Under the pieces are notes generated by a model. That model worked only from the letters and a program-made list of their open reading frames with translations, was not told the DNA's origin and did not search any database. Below are positions 12,047 to 27,702 of a DNA stretch of 60,000 nucleotides, piece by piece; position 1 is the first letter of the stretch, and every line of letters begins with the position of its first letter. Location of the stretch: assembly GCA_044892525.1 (NCBI GenBank), contig CM097885.1:49478001-49538000 (forward strand). Direction: 5' to 3'. The DNA is from Schmidtea polychroa. Taxonomy: Eukaryota. The position numbers were made by a program, and so were the translations under genes.

Positions 12047-15000
12047 TTAAGCACATTAGTTCCAATGATATGCTTAACAAATACATATTAATACCAATCA
12101 ATTCTGGTAGTTCGGTCAGATGGGAAAAACTCCAATCTACCAAATTATCAAGACATTCTTAAAAATTGTATTTCAGTTTAATTGGATATATTCACAGGGC
12201 CGAAACCAGTTTTTAAGAATAAATGAAAGGATTAAAATATTTTTGGACAGTGGAATAAACACTCAAATAAGATTTTATATCTATTTATATCTTACATTTA
12301 CTTTAACCCAGTTAATCCTGAAACTTTTTTTCTTATATTTGATAATATTTTTACAAATTCTTAGGTTATATATGAATAGGAATGTGAGAATAAAAAAGTA
12401 TGCATTGTCATTGCCATACCATATAGTGTCGCCATCATCAAAAATTGTATCAAAAATATGATAAAATATTTTAATTTGTAACAGATTACCTACTGTCCCT
12501 TTAAAAGAACAGTAGGTTTATCTAGGTTAAACAATTAAATTCATAAGTATTTATTTTGGATTTTTTAATCTCTTTAAAACTTTTATTAAATCTAAATGGT
12601 ACTAAGTGATATTTTTAATTTAATTTTAGAAACAAAATTGAATTAAAATAGAATTTTTTAAATTTTTTGCCATCATAGATTTCATTTACTTTTTATCTGC
12701 TTCAAATGGAAACTGTTAACTAAAAATGGCCAATTCTTTTCCTTCCAGCTCATAAATTTATTTCTAGTCAATTTAATAACGAAATTAAACCGACTTTAGT
12801 TTTCAAATATTGTAAATTACATATGTTCCAAAATGACACCAAATTATATCGACAATCAAGTATTTTGAGCCAGCCATCTTTTCTCATTTTCTGAGTTAAA
12901 TTTCTCCAAGAACTTCTCAAGGGAACTAACTTTGTTTTTGTTGATTAATATTAGTTAATTAAAAATATTTTTATGTTGTATATAATTAATTATTATTATT
13001 ACTTTCTTTTAAATTTTAAATTTTAAATTCTTTTAAATTAAATCAATTTTATTAAAAAAAATCTCTGTTAATTTATTAATTGATCTACAATTTACAAATA
13101 TTTTAATTCATTAATGGAACCATCAAAATTTGGTAATAGACATTTTGAATTCTTTTAAATTGTCTATTATTTATATCTAATTTTTGTTTTAATAAATATT
13201 TTTTTTAAATAGACTACCCATTACAAGGCTAATATATAAACAGGTTATTTTCATTTTTTTAACTTCATTTATTTATAATTTTCTAAGTTGTTTAATAGTA
13301 AAAAATCTAATCTGTTTCTGGAATAATTTATTATTTTTGAATGTCTTAATTTATTTGTAGGACTTTTAGTTAATTTCTTTTGGGATAAATTTTATCAGTA
13401 AAATCATTAATATATTTCACCAATGAATTGATGTAATATTAATTTTTCAATTTCATTTCCCTTGTATTTTCTGTCTATGACAATTGATCAATTAATTTAA
13501 AATTTAACAAATTTAATTATTTTTGACTGGAACCTATTTCACAAATTATATATTTCAAGAAGAAATCATTACATTTAATTACATTATGTTGAGTCAAAAT
13601 AAATATTATAATTGTCAGTAGTATCTCGACAATTCAACTGAATACCAAATGAATCCATAAATTTTATTTCAAAAACAAATATGTTAATATCTAATTTTCT
13701 AGTTTAAATTAATTTTCTATTTTATTTTTGAAATATTTATTTTAATTTACTAACTTTGAATTTTTAAATTTTGAATTTGAAAATATTTTGTAGAGAATTA
13801 AAAAATTAAAATTCAAAGTTGTTAATTTTTTTTGTGTTCGATCTTGCTATTTCTAGCCTTATTTTCACAAAATTAATCATTAAAATTTGTGTTTTTCAAA
13901 ATTTATTTTCAAAAAAAATTGATTTTTAATTGAAAATCTTTCCTCTATACTTTGTTCTCCTAAAAATAAATCCAGCTTTTCATAAATCATGCCAATAATT
14001 GTTTGCGCTGCAAAAGATTATATTCTTGCAAAAGAAACTCTTTTTTTATGTTATTAACTTTGCAAATTTAACTCTTAATTTCTTTAAAACTTATCAATTT
14101 TTATTTCAAAACTTTTGTCTTAAATTTAATCTGTAATTTTTAGATTTTATTTCATATGATTAAATGTGATACTTAGATGATTTTTCTTTTCAATTTTTCT
14201 GACAGACTTTTAAGCCTTGCCTATTGGTATGCGTATTAATTTCCTTATTTTTTGCTATCTTACTAGGCTTGCTATTATTAAATATCCTTGTTTCATGCGT
14301 GGTAAAACTCCAAAAATAAATTTTAATAACACAGCAACTAATACCTAATTTTTTCCAAATGGTCCTAATAGTTCCTAAGTTATTATTGCATGATATATTT
14401 GTTGATGTTTAAACATTTTATTAAACATTTTCCACTGACGGACTAAATAACATTTGATGAAGGGAGTGTCCAAAACTTGTGTTATAAATTTTTGATCTAT
14501 AGTCATAATGAAAATTAATGAAAATTAGCTAGCCATCCAAAAATGTTATTTTCAATTGCTAAATGTTTACGTTATTTACTTTTCCAATTTTACAAAATGT
14601 TCCTGTCCGTAAACTAATTAAAATAATGTAAGTTACATTTTACCAAACGTATTAATAATATATTGAGTACACATTGTCTTGCAGTTTCTAATTTATTTTA
14701 ATTTTACAAAAAATATTAGTAAAAATAAATTTTGATACCTAAACTTCAAATACTGCGTAGTTAGGATTTGTTGTTTTAACAAGCCTCAACAAACTAACAG
14801 TGGTTGTTATTTTTTAATATTTTTATCGAAATTATTTTAATAAACTTATTAAGCTTTAATTAAATAATTATATAACATGATTTCAGGGCGTATTTCGTTT
14901 CAATATTTTGATTTATGATTTTAGAGAAACTATATAGAAATATTTAACAAATATATCAAAGAAAATATTTGTTGATAATTAAATAATTATTACTGAAACA

Positions 15001-15180
15001 AATTTGAATAATTTTTATTTCATCATGTAATGAGTTTTAGCTAAAAAATATTTATTGATTATCTAATTACTAAACTAAGTACCCATCATAGGACAATTGT
15101 ATTGCAACCTAGAAAAATTTCAATAATAATAATAATACATCCGCAAATTGGTTTTTATGCATTTACAATGCACTGATATC

Positions 15181-16100
15181 TAGAGATTGTAGTTTTCGGG
15201 AAATCAAAACTTCCCGGGAAGAGGGAAATTTTATTTACTTACTTTCTTGAAAAGTTGCCATGATGAATGTTTAAAGATAATACTGCAATATATGATGTGA
15301 AAGAGATTTCAAAATTCAACTGAAAAGTCCCCGGAATTCAAAATATATTTGTACATTCTATCAGGTGCAATCTTTTCTCAAAAAATATTTCAGTTAAACA
15401 ATAAGTTGACTTTTCCAATTGTTTAAGTTTTGAAAGAATTCGGAAATGTAAGAATGGATTCAATGCTTCAAAGAAACTCTGATTTTCTTAAATGATTTAT
15501 TTATTTTACTTATTCGAAATTTATTAAAATGAAATATCAGAAAACATAAAGCATTGAAAGTTTTATCTCCAATCTTGATTGAAACTTGTTGCACATTTTT
15601 ATTTAATTTTTTAAGGTTATTAATAATTTCATTAATTGAAATAATATTTGGATATTGTATTTTCGATATATTTACACGCTTTCTTCACTGGGTCCAACTT
15701 TTTCACAAGATTCACTATTAAAGACCAGTCTTCCTCAAAGAACTCGACTATGAATGTATCACCCATTCTTTTTTCGCAAACTCGATTTTTGATAGTGCCC
15801 GACATTTTTATTGCCAAAACAGTCTTCGGTCCTTCAAATATTTATAACAGAAATAATATTTCCCCATATGTTGTCAAAAGTTTCGAATCCTCTCTTCAAC
15901 AAATATCTTCTAAAGTTTTCTTCACTGGGTCCAACTTTTTCACAAGATTCACTATCAAAAACCAGTCTTCCTCAGTGAACTTGACTGTGGTCTTAAGATC
16001 ATGGATTGATTCTTTAATGTAGTCTTTCAAAATTTTAAAAATTTCTCCATTTCGCTTTGGAATCCAACATCAAGCTGATTTCTCTCCCGAAATCTTCATG
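15181..16100 (-). mobile_element. Probable hAT relic with an internal direct duplication of about 57 bp (15680-15737 / 15918-15974)
   Basis: hAT-like end TAGAGATTG..CGGGAAA..TTCCCGGGA and the peptide EEDWSLIVNLVKKLDPVKKAC. The duplication TTCTTCACTGGGTCCAACTTTTTCACAAGATTCACTAT.. was read directly. Confidence 0.45.
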
Positions 16101-16398
16101 AACATAATTTTTTAATGGTGAAATTTTGAACAATTTCGTTTTATGTTTTCATAAATCAATTATTTATACATACTCCAAAGTTTCCTATTACTAACTAATA
16201 TATTATAAAATTCATTAAACATAATAAATAACTTAGACATTTTATGATAAGCTTTATTAAACAAAATTAAGTACAGATTATTTTCAAAAAAAATGCGTAC
16301 CGTAGATACTCGAGTATAATGCGAGAGATAGAAATTTATATCATAAATGGACGAAAAATTCAAGACGCGAATATAACGCGAAAGACAAACCCATTTAA

Positions 16399-16509
<111 letters not shown>

Positions 16510-16931
16510 ACTTGTATTTTATTTTGCATGTTTACTCTATTTTCCCTATCATTATATGATGTATAAAAGTACATTCACATATAATAAATATAATTATTAC
16601 GATCTCAATATACAAATTATAGAAAACGAGCCCCAGTTGAGTAGCTCTATTTTAGAAGAATTCGCTATAATCTTTTATTTACGGTTTCTTTTTTTTAACT
16701 AATTTACACATTACAAATTAATTGATATGCGGATATACAGTGTTTTATAATACTTATAATCAATTATTAATAAACAAATAAACCGAAAATAAACCGGAAG
16801 CAAAGAAATACTACGACAGCCGCGTAACAAATTCAACGCTATCAATTTTATAAAAATAATTTCTCTGAATTATCTGACATTCGTTTCAAATTGAGTTTTG
16901 TAGAGCGTGATGTTTTCAATAAATCATCACG

Positions 16932-17081
<150 letters not shown>

Positions 17082-18225
17082 AAATACTGATCTGATTATA
17101 AATATGCACACTTATAATTTTCAATGAATTTATATATTATGAACATTATTTTACATACATTATTCATTTTTGTTTAAATCAAGCAATTAACTCGAATTGA
17201 TAGACTGTATTTTGTACTATTTTGTATATTTGCTCTATAAACAATTAATGTTTATTATTGAAGCTTTTTGATTTCTTTGACTGGCTCAATGTATATATTA
17301 AATGAATCTTATCAAAAATTAGAAATCCGAAAATTTTCTTTTACCGGGTATGAATATAATGGCACATGAGAAAATAGTTAAAGCTTAAATAAGTATTGTA
17401 AATATTAAAAGATAATTTATTTTTTTAATTTTGATAAACTACTCATTTTCAAGTTAATTTTTGAAAAAAAATGATTTAATAACGGTTTAAATTAATATAT
17501 GATGAACACTGGAAAAAGTAATTAATGTGGCCTTCTCTATTTATTGCAAAATTCTTCAGGATGGAATTAGAAATTTTTAAAGTCTTTAATCAAAAAACAT
17601 TCTTTTTTTATCAACACCACTATTTCTAAATAATAAATATATAGTTTCATTTTAGCTTTATTATTTTTTAAAAAATTATTTAAATTCAGTAACATTAATC
17701 TAAAATTTTAATAATGTAAATAAATTTTAAGCTTAACTGATCATTTTTAATAATGTAGATTAATTTGCAATTATAACAGTTATAATAATCGCAATAATTA
17801 TAATAATAAATCAGACTCGTTCTTTTACATACTTTTTTTAAATTCATAAATGTGTTTATTAAAATTATATCAAATAGGTAATATTAAAAAAATTAAATGT
17901 TAATGTTAAATTAAAAATACCATAATAATTGTTCATATTTATTCTTAGGCTTTAAAATTTCATTCTATTTTGATTAATTTCTGCTTTATTAATTATCAAA
18001 ATTTTTAATCATCATAAGTCTTTTAAAAATATATTTTATATCTAAAATAATTTTCTTCCACTGAAAGACCAAATATCAATACCAAAATTTGTTACTACAA
18101 ATGATTAAAATATTGAACTTTATTTCATATTTATATTCAATATAACAATTTCATTTCATTCTTATAATTAATATTTAGATAATAAAACATTTCAAAGGAG
18201 CATAAGAAAATTATATATGTATATT

Positions 18226-19027
18226 CAGTGGCGTAGCTACCATATAGCAAGAGTAAGCAATGCATAGGGGCCCACAAGACAGGGGGGCCTTTATTCCAAG
18301 TTTCTTTAATTTTCTTCAGAAAACAATGTCAAACAACGGCACGGTCGGCACCAGTCAACAGGGACCTCCAAATGATCGATTTGTGGTTTTATGTAATAAA
18401 GCTCCACTGTTTTGTTTACTTATTGCATTATTGACATTATTTACCTGCATTTTACCTATTTATGCAATCCCCTCTGTCTCTCCCTCGCTAATAATATACT
18501 GTATAAGCAAGCAACTTTAGTTATCTATGTAAATCGCCCATTCATATAGGGGTCGAAAAAATTGTTTCGCTTGTCGGCTATCCACATTTGTCCCTGACAC
18601 ATTACTATCATTTTATAACGATTTATACTGTTATATTGTATATTGAGCTCTAATTATTTAATTAAATCGTCTTTCCAAAGAGGACCCAAAAAATGTTTTC
18701 CTGCGGCGGAAAAAACTCCTCTGTAACTATAAACCCTTCTTTCAATTAACACTCTCCCCTCCCCCTTAAAAAATATCTTGGGTAGGCCTACTCCACTGGT
18801 CTCATACCGTACAAAATAAACAAGGTGTTCCATCAAAATTTCGAGAGTTACGAAGTGTTCCGTCGCAGGAAAAGTTTGGGAAATCCTGGTCTAATTCAAT
18901 TGTGCTTCAAAAGGGGGCCAAAAAATTTTTTTTCTGCGGCGCTATGGTGCTCCGCACCTATTTTACTTGTGTATGCAGTATAGGGACCTCATTGCATAGG
19001 GGCCCAAAATTTCTAGCTACACCACTG
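18226..19027. mobile_element. Non-autonomous hAT element (MITE)
   Basis: TIRs CAGTGGCGTAGCTA / TAGCTACACCACTG. Perfect 8-bp TSD TGTATATT (18218-18225, 19028-19035). Confidence 0.92.
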
Positions 19028-20287
19028 TGTATATTAGTGAAAAAAAGAAATCAAGTTATAATTTATTAAAAAATAATTTTAGTATCAAAACAATTGGAAT
19101 GAATAGAAATGCTTGAGATCATTTTCAATTTAAAAGAAATATTAATTAACCAATTTCAATGTGTTTTCTTTTGAAAAAATACATTAAAGAAATTAACATA
19201 AAAAAGAATAAAGATAATCCAAGACACAAAGTGGCAATTATCATCAAAGAAGAAGTTTTACACTTTTCGATGAAAAACAAAAAATTAGAAATTTATTATA
19301 GAATACACCAAAACATTCTGCTAATTAGAGAATATTAAGTTATTTACATGCTTATTCATGCGATATTCCTAATAATCTGAGTCAAAAAAGGAATGACCAA
19401 ATCAAGTTCCATAAACAAATAGCTAAAAACTGATAAATGAGAATATAAAAAAGTAAGAAAATTGTCCACTATGTTTTTATGACTATAAAAACATATTTTT
19501 GGTTTATTTATGAAGCCATTCTAACTCTTGGCCATTCATTCTGTCGATATTAGACTTCATTCTTAATGTGTTGAATTCTTAGCATAGAATTTCATGATTT
19601 TCATGGCGCATATGAAATAAACATAACTAGGAAACTCCTATATTTGGCTTATAAGTAAATAAAAATAATGTACAAATTTTGAAAAAAATATAAATATTAA
19701 TTGAAATATTGAGCTCTAGAAGCACTTATAATTTGTGTTTGACTTCTTCATTATTAGTTCAATTCGTTCAGTAATATCCATTTCTTTATTTCAGTAACTT
19801 GATTGAAAATTTCAATTCTTTTGAAGGCTAAAACATATTTGAATGAATTCACTCTGTTTATCAGTTTTTCTAACTTTTCATGTTAATTGGAGTTTGAAAT
19901 TGAGATTTGAAAATCTCAATAAACCATATTTAATAATATCGTATTTACTTTCTCAAATATACTGACTGTTTTGTCATATTGCTTTACCTTAGAATTTTAG
20001 GGTGGCTAATAATTAGATTGGCCAATAGTGACTAAACTTTAGCTAACCTAAACTGAAGCGGAGGTAAAGGCTTACAGCACTTAGAAAGGTATTATGATTT
20101 GCAAAAAGTATTGCTAGTTTTATTTATTTTATATTTATATATCTATATATGCAAATTGACAAAATTGGCATGCAAATTGACATTTCATATATAACTCTAC
20201 ATTATAAACTATATAGACTATAGCGTTGGTTTGGTTGTATCTTCTACTTCGACCTTGTTTTACAACTTATAAGCAAATCTTGCGAGC

Positions 20288-20602
20288 TTAGGCGGCTGCA
20301 AAATCTGTAATAAGTTCATTATTGTCAAGATCCTTAGCAACATCATTCTCAATTGACAAAATAGCTAAGTTACTGAGCCGATCTTGAATCATTGTTGATC
20401 GCATATAGGTTTTAATAAGTTTAAGTTTCGAAAAGCTTCTTTCTCCGGAACCAACAGTGACAGGTATAGTTAGAAGTATTCCAAGTGCACTGTGTGTGTT
20501 AGGAAAGTCACTATAACGCTTGTTTACTAACAGAAACTGCCAAATCTTAACAGGTTTGTTGTAGGTGGCTGCAGGAATTATGGAACTCAATAATTGCAAC
20601 AC
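20288..20602 (-). pseudogene. hAT transposase C-terminal dimerisation-domain fragment
   Basis: FPNTHSALGILLTIPVTVGSGERSFSKLKLIKTYMRSTMIQDRLSNLAILSIE. Confidence 0.85.
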
Positions 20603-21822
20603 AAATAAAAAAATTTTTTTTGTATAGAATATTATTGTTATTAAATGAATTTTTAAGTTATATTTAATAAGATGAGTGTGCTAGTTTTTTCTTGAAAATT
20701 AATTCCAATCTAGGCTCGATTTTTGTTTAACAAACTTGTAGCTTATCTTCAAATATCAACAACCGATCTTTCGTTTTAGGTTTTATCTTTGTGAGTCGAA
20801 TTAAAATTTTCATAGCGACACATAGTCTGTACCATTGAAATCTCCATTTTAATTTTTAAAAACTAATATTAATCAATAATTTTCATCTTAAAATTATTTT
20901 ATCAGTTTTAATTTAAATTTTATTTTAAACAAACATGGTTGACTAACACTCGATAGGCTGGGCCAATGAATTTATTGATCTATTGTTATCTAGCCAGAAA
21001 ATCATTATGTTGGATCAATGGTAAAAACAGCATTAAAACTTTAACTTTAGTGTCAAACTAATGAATTATTTTCAATTTTTAAACATTTTAATTTAACTAA
21101 TAAAAAATGTTACAATTAACTTTTTAACGTTTAATCGATGATTTCAATTTGTATTTTATTCACCATTGACAAACGCGCGTTTAAATTCCGTAACAATTTG
21201 TTGATAATACTTTATCAATCTTAAATTGAAAATGAAATTATTTAAATTTGAGCTTGAATTTTCCAACTAAAATAAATATCAATTAAAATTATAGATTTTG
21301 TAATTAATTTTTCTTTCATTATTTTTTTCTTTCTTAAAATACAGTTTTTCTAATTAAAATTCACGACTCTGTTTAGGCAAAAGACAATTATTAGTGAAAA
21401 ATCAGTCATTTTGTATTTTCTAAACAAATAATGGGTTTTTTTAGTTTTACTAAACACCAAGAAATTCACTTCAATTTTTAAAATAAAACAAATAAATATT
21501 ATCGGATTACAAATTATTTTTTAATTTTTAAAGGAAAATTTTTGAAACATTGTTTTACATTTTATATGACAGATGAAAGCTTTGGTAGAGATAATTAAGA
21601 AATTATTATTTAACGTAGTAAAGTATTTGAAGCATGATATTTAATACGATTTATAATTGTAAATTATATTTAAGCTTATTTGGTACTCATCTGAATAATG
21701 CAAGAAGCGTTATTTTACCTCAATTCAAATCTTGTGATCTTTCAACCAGGTCCGAAAACTTGACCACTCTACCAACAGACCACATTGAAATTGATAGTTG
21801 TATTACTCTTATTAAATATATA

Positions 21823-22033
21823 CTGTATTAGCCCGAATATAACGCGACAATTTTAACATTATATTTTTATTAAATTTTGGTTTAAATTAATTAAATTTAT
21901 TGTCATGAATATAACCTATGTATTACACTTTTAATTACCTAACCAAACGTTTATATGATTGAATTTCGCTTAATTTTTTTATGAGTATTTTTTTTCTAAA
22001 TTCGGGGTCGCGTTTTATTCGGGGCTAATACGG
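21823..22033. mobile_element. Tc1/mariner-superfamily (pogo/Tc2-like) MITE
   Basis: TA flanks. TIRs CTGTATTAGCCCGAATATAACGCGAC / GTCGCGTTTTATTCGGGGCTAATACGG. Confidence 0.8.
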
Positions 22034-23138
22034 TAATTAGAAATATAAAATAATTTAATAAGCTTTATACATTTACAAGTTTCTTTTTTTGATATAAACA
22101 AAAATGAGATTTGTTGGCAATGATTTTGCTCTTTTCAATCTATTTCATAGTAAAAAATTCTCAATTTTTGTTTTAATAAACTTGAAACAGTCAACAAAAG
22201 CTTTTTTACCTGGTGATTTCAGTAGTTAACAAGTTTTTTTTGGTGTTCAGTTTTTGCTAATTTCACTGAGTTTAATTTAGCAGACAAATTTTATTTTATG
22301 CAGTTATCTTTCAATTATTCTGTACATGTACATTTTAAGTATTAAATGTTATATGCAAATTTAAGAGAATTAATAAATCGTGTCATTAGAAAAAAGTATG
22401 TTAGAATAATCCACGTGAAATATTTGTTATAATTCTAATAAATGGCAAATAATGGAAATCTAAAAAGTCTAGCACTTAAAAAGATTCAAATAACAAAAAA
22501 TGAAAAACACTTGTAAAACATATGAAAATGAAAGAACTATATTTAATATAAGCCATTTTGACACTCACGAATTTGAAGTATTCTTATTCATTTACTCGAC
22601 CTATAATTATTTAGTGCATTTATTTCACTAGAAAAAAATCACATTTTAAAAATTTCCTTTTTGGGAAAAATATAAGAAATATTCATTTTCATAGGTCATT
22701 TTATAAAAATAGAAATTCTTATCATAAAGTAAATACTGAAATGTGAATAGGTAAACAAACTTCAACAATAAAACAAAATATCAAGTAATTAATTTCAGGT
22801 TTATCTGACCGAAATGACTAATTATTGGATAATTTTCCACTTTTGTTTTACTTATATAAATTGTTTTTAAATTGAAAATAAAAACGAATTTTCGATTTGA
22901 ATTTTCTTCAAAAAATTTTTTTTTGATTGCTGTATTTGACAATAAAACCATTAAAATTCTTACAAAATTATTTCTTTAATATGGTGATCAACAGCCTTTT
23001 TAGGTGATAATATATTTAGATAATACATGAAAGATTCAAGCCGTCTTACCATTATATAAATCGAGTAATTTTTATGCAAATATTCAATATTAGCCACAGT
23101 ACCTTTTAGTATTTATTGAATACATAACATCAGCTTAA

Positions 23139-24757
23139 CCCTTTGAATCCCGGCTTTTTCTGAAAATTTTTATTGAAAGAAATAATTAAAAATTATTAAA
23201 GACTGAGAAAAAAGATATAGTGAAATTATTATAGGTTTTTCAATTATGCTAAACATTATAGTGAAGCTTTGTAAGAAAATTTCTGAAGCATACAAGTACA
23301 CAAAGAGTAATTTTGTAGACTATTTTTTTGATTAAACCTTTGTTGAGTTTTTTTATCGATCTTTGGAAGTCCTTTTTCTATTTTGTAGGACTGTTCCTAC
23401 AGATCCCGTTGATCTTTCATATAGGAAATTGAACAACTAAAGACTACAGTTCCACTTGTTAACTTACAATATATGTCCTTTGTCGAGATAAAGTTTAAGA
23501 AAAATGAATACGGTCTAACTACTTATTCCTAACTCATTTTTAAAATCTATTTGAGTTTCTTTGGCAGTGTAGATAATAAAACCAAGTACCACTTTTCATT
23601 CACAATCAGCTAAAATGAATGACTTTATGCCAAATTTGTACCTTTTCAAAGAAATATATTACTTGACAGACTCTAATCAATACATAAGTTCTGCCTAGGG
23701 ATTCCAAAAATACCGACTATTGCAATACCGGTATTACCGAAAAAATTATTTCTATCGACGGTATTACCGGTTTTTACCGGTAATACCGTCTTCTTTTATT
23801 CAACTTCCATTATTAATTCTCCCAATTGTTTCATTTATCATTAATTTGTTAACTATTGGTTATTAATAATTAATTAATTTGATAATTTACGTTAGTTAAT
23901 TGTTGATTACTTTCATAATCATTAAACATATTACATTTTATAAAAGATACACAATACACTTTTTTTGAAAATGTTTTATTAATCGATAAAATTGAATAAC
24001 AATGAGGAGGTCAAACAATTTATTAAAACTAATTATTACATTATTACAATACATACATTCAAATCATTACATTACGTTTTTTAAATCAAAATATTTTATA
24101 AAAAGAAACAGAAAAAAATAGAATGAATTTATTTACAATATTTTTTGTATTAAAATAGGATTTTAAAAACTACAATGTATCTAAACTTTCGTCCGCTAAC
24201 CTAAACATTATTCTCGTGTAAATTAACTTCTGGCCTAAAATTGGGCAAAATCTGAACTTTTGTTTCAGATAATCAATGATTATTTTCAATTTATCCAATA
24301 TACATATTTGTTGTTGGGTTTTATTGTTGAAATGAAGGCATCTAGGTATGTCCTGAAAACGATTTCTTGACGTGATTGTGGGGATGAATCAATCCGTTGA
24401 TTTATGCCAAAATACGTGTTATATACATCTTTCGATATCTTCATTTTTCTCTCGATAAATTTGGTTTTGTAATTGTAATCGATTTATTTGGAAGCAGTCA
24501 TATTTACCATTTGTTGATAGAAAAACAGAGTGAAATAGTCTAAAAGGGTTCAGATTTTCACCATGGGAAATAATAATTCGAGGAACTGAAGTAAATTCAT
24601 AGAGAGTTGGTTCAAAATCTGATTCGATCCAATTTTCGATATTTTTGACATTTAGCTCTAGAACCAAGGACTCCAAGTAAAATTTTTCTTCTGAATCAAG
24701 CTGGGATTCATTGCATGCATAAAGCTCTTGGAAATTATCTATTGTATTCGAGGTCAT
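23139..24757 (-). pseudogene. Fragmented piggyBac transposase relic, interrupted at about 23696-24230 by a hAT 3'-end fragment
   Basis: TTAA-CCCTTT end at 23135-23144. Peptides SRNRFQDIPRCLHF, RYKFGIKSFILADC, VGTVLQNRK. The insert begins TAGGGATT..AATACCG and encodes RLADESLDTL*FLKSYF. Confidence 0.65.
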
Positions 24758-25551
24758 TTAAAAAACTAACTTCATACAAAATTAAAAACTGAATAAAATT
24801 GAAAAACGAAGATTCTAAAATGTTATATCTAATTTACAACATGTGATAAAAATTTCAAAACTTGCCAATAGATAGCTCTTCATAAGTTCTTAAAAAAGCA
24901 TCGATGATATATTGAATTTCTCAATAGTTTAAAACTGAAGCAGCCCTAATCCGATTGGGGTGGGCGGGTTATTTCACAAAACGTTTATTTAAATACATAT
25001 ATTTAAATATACAGTGAAATCCGGTTATAATGACTGCCACTTAAGCATGGTCGTCGTCTATTGTAGCCAAAAAATATAAGAACGGATCGGATCAATGTTT
25101 TCTCTTTATGTAACAGCTGTTTATAATGGCCAAGGTGTCGTTTATAGTGACTTCTTCTTCATCATGGAAAATTCGATGCTTGCGAAAATCTGTAAATGGT
25201 CATCTGCGGTGTTAAAGAAGTACGTGATTTATCGTCGATTCAAACAGACATTCCCAGCTTAATTTTTTAGTTTTGTCCTCTTGATCTAATATATAATATT
25301 TATTAAAAATTTTTATCCTTTCTGTTGTTATATGAACAAGGTACTTTTTTTTCAATAAAACACTTTTCATTTGAATTAATTATGTAACAGTTATGGTGTA
25401 CTTATATTCTACTCCTGGTCAGTTTGGACTAGGGAAATCGTTTCTTGACCTTATAAAAAATAAAAATTTGACTTTTTTTGGAAAAATAATTTGAATTTAT
25501 AATGAAAGATTTAGACAAATATTTGACCATATGTTTCTTTTTTTAAAGCAA

Positions 25552-25555
<4 letters not shown>

Positions 25556-25615
<60 letters not shown>
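25556..25615. repeat. (TA)n microsatellite
   Basis: Direct reading. Confidence 0.95.
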
Positions 25616-25620
<5 letters not shown>

Positions 25621-27702
25621 GAAATTCTTTCAATTGACATTGTATTTATTAATAAACTTGACTATGAATCAATAGTCAACCAGTAGTCAATTCATAGTTA
25701 AGTAGGCTCCAGAACGCATGCTTTACTAAATATTTACCTTAACTTTTTATAATAAAAGGGCGTAATAGTGAAATACACAGTTTTATTATCCAAATATTAT
25801 AAACAGAAAAAATTAAAAACAAAAATCAGATAAAAATACAAAAAATTAAAAAAAATTCTATGATTTTTAACAAACAAATGTTTCCGATAATTTTTTTAAA
25901 CTTTTAATACATTAAAAATAAAAAATTAGTTCCTGGAAAGACGTTCCGGTGCGTTCCGGCAGAAAAATAGCACTATATATTTTCAGGAACAAAGTTTCTG
26001 TCTTTTTCTAAAAGTTAATTCGCATAGAAATATTTCTTTCAATAATGACTTTTCAAAATTCTTTTAGTAAAATTGATTCCTTTTTTATGTCCCTTATTGC
26101 CACTATATAATTTTCACGAGTCTTGCATCAATATATTCTATTCAAGGTAAATCTGTAATAGGAAACATAAAATGTCGGGAAATGAAAAATTCCTATATTA
26201 AAACAAAAAATACGATAATTTATAATATAAATAACAGAAACTTATACAATTTGAGAAATCAATTCCAGAAATTACTGAATTAAATTTAATTTAGGCTCAT
26301 TTTATTTGACCCATTTAAAGTCTTGGAATTTAATAAACTGCCTCCCCTCCAATATATTTATTAATTTATTTCAAATATAGAAATGTTTTGTTGATTAAAT
26401 TCTAATAAAAAAATGAAAATGAAAATTTATTGTAAATATTTCATAAATGCAATTAAATTCAATATTGGGAATGTGCAATTTTTGGATTACCTGTGATTAA
26501 TGATGAGAGAAATAAATTTTATATTTTAGAAATTCATCAGAACGATTGTTTCATAGTGATAATAAATTAAAATTTACAGTTCTGTGAGAATGAAATATTA
26601 ATTTTTAAAGAAGGTAGAAAATATTATTTCTGACCTGGGAAAATATTTCATTGAAAATATTTTGCACTATAATATTTTCTGAGTATTTTCAGAAAAATTT
26701 ATCGATTTAAAAGTGAATGGGAAAGAATTAAGATTTTTATTATAACATCAGTGAAATTTTAAATTTAAGTTTTACCAACTATATATTTGGCCGACTAGAT
26801 ATTTATTGGTGAAATTTGAATTATTTGAAAATTAGTAGCAAAAACGTACAATTCAGCGACACACCAGGGACCAGTACGCGACACACCAGTGTGTCGCGGC
26901 ACCCTAAGTTGGGAAACACTGATTTAAATAAACAACATATATTTCTTTCTCGTCATTTCTTTGCTAGCAATCTATGGAAATTTTTTTTATATAAAAATAT
27001 TACTCTACAGTGCAAATATAAACACTACGAAAATTGAAAGGAGATCAATGGTGAAAAAAATTAAAAGAATTACTACTACTTTATTTTTGACATTAGTAAT
27101 CGAAAAACGGCCTCCAAGTTTAATTAAATACACAATTTCTTAATTAAATAATTGAATATTTTTTACATCAATATAGCATGAATACTTTATTTTATTTAAG
27201 ATTTTTAATCTGAATTTATTTAAAATCTTTTAATAATAAAGTCATTGATATTTAAATAGGATAAGAAATTATAAAGTTTAGAAATTTAAAGAAAGTCAAA
27301 ATTGTGCTGACAAAACCTTTAAAAAGATTGGTTCAGATTATATTAGAATATGATCTTATTGTTTGCTTTGTCCTTTTGAAGATTCTCCTGAGCATTTTTT
27401 TTTTCATTATTAACTTGAACTTTTCAAATTATTTCGTGCTAAATGACTATTTTTAGTGATTTTCTTAACGATTTCAGTCGGATCTTTCTTTTTATCACTT
27501 TATTTGGCTGAATATTAATACTAAATATTAATACTTTTCATGACATATTTCGATAGTTTTTTTGTCATCATCAGGTAGGACAGAAATTATAGATTTAATA
27601 AACAAATTACAAACTTTTATTATTTTAAAAATTCTCCATTTCAATTTAAATAATTATTTTTCAAATTAAACTATTTTTAAAAATTCTTTAAATGATATTT
27701 TA

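Noticed and set aside
14282..14290. ATATCCTTG, a U12-donor-like word inside intron 1
   Set aside because: There is no preceding branch point or AC acceptor and no exon, so a chance match in AT-rich DNA is likely.
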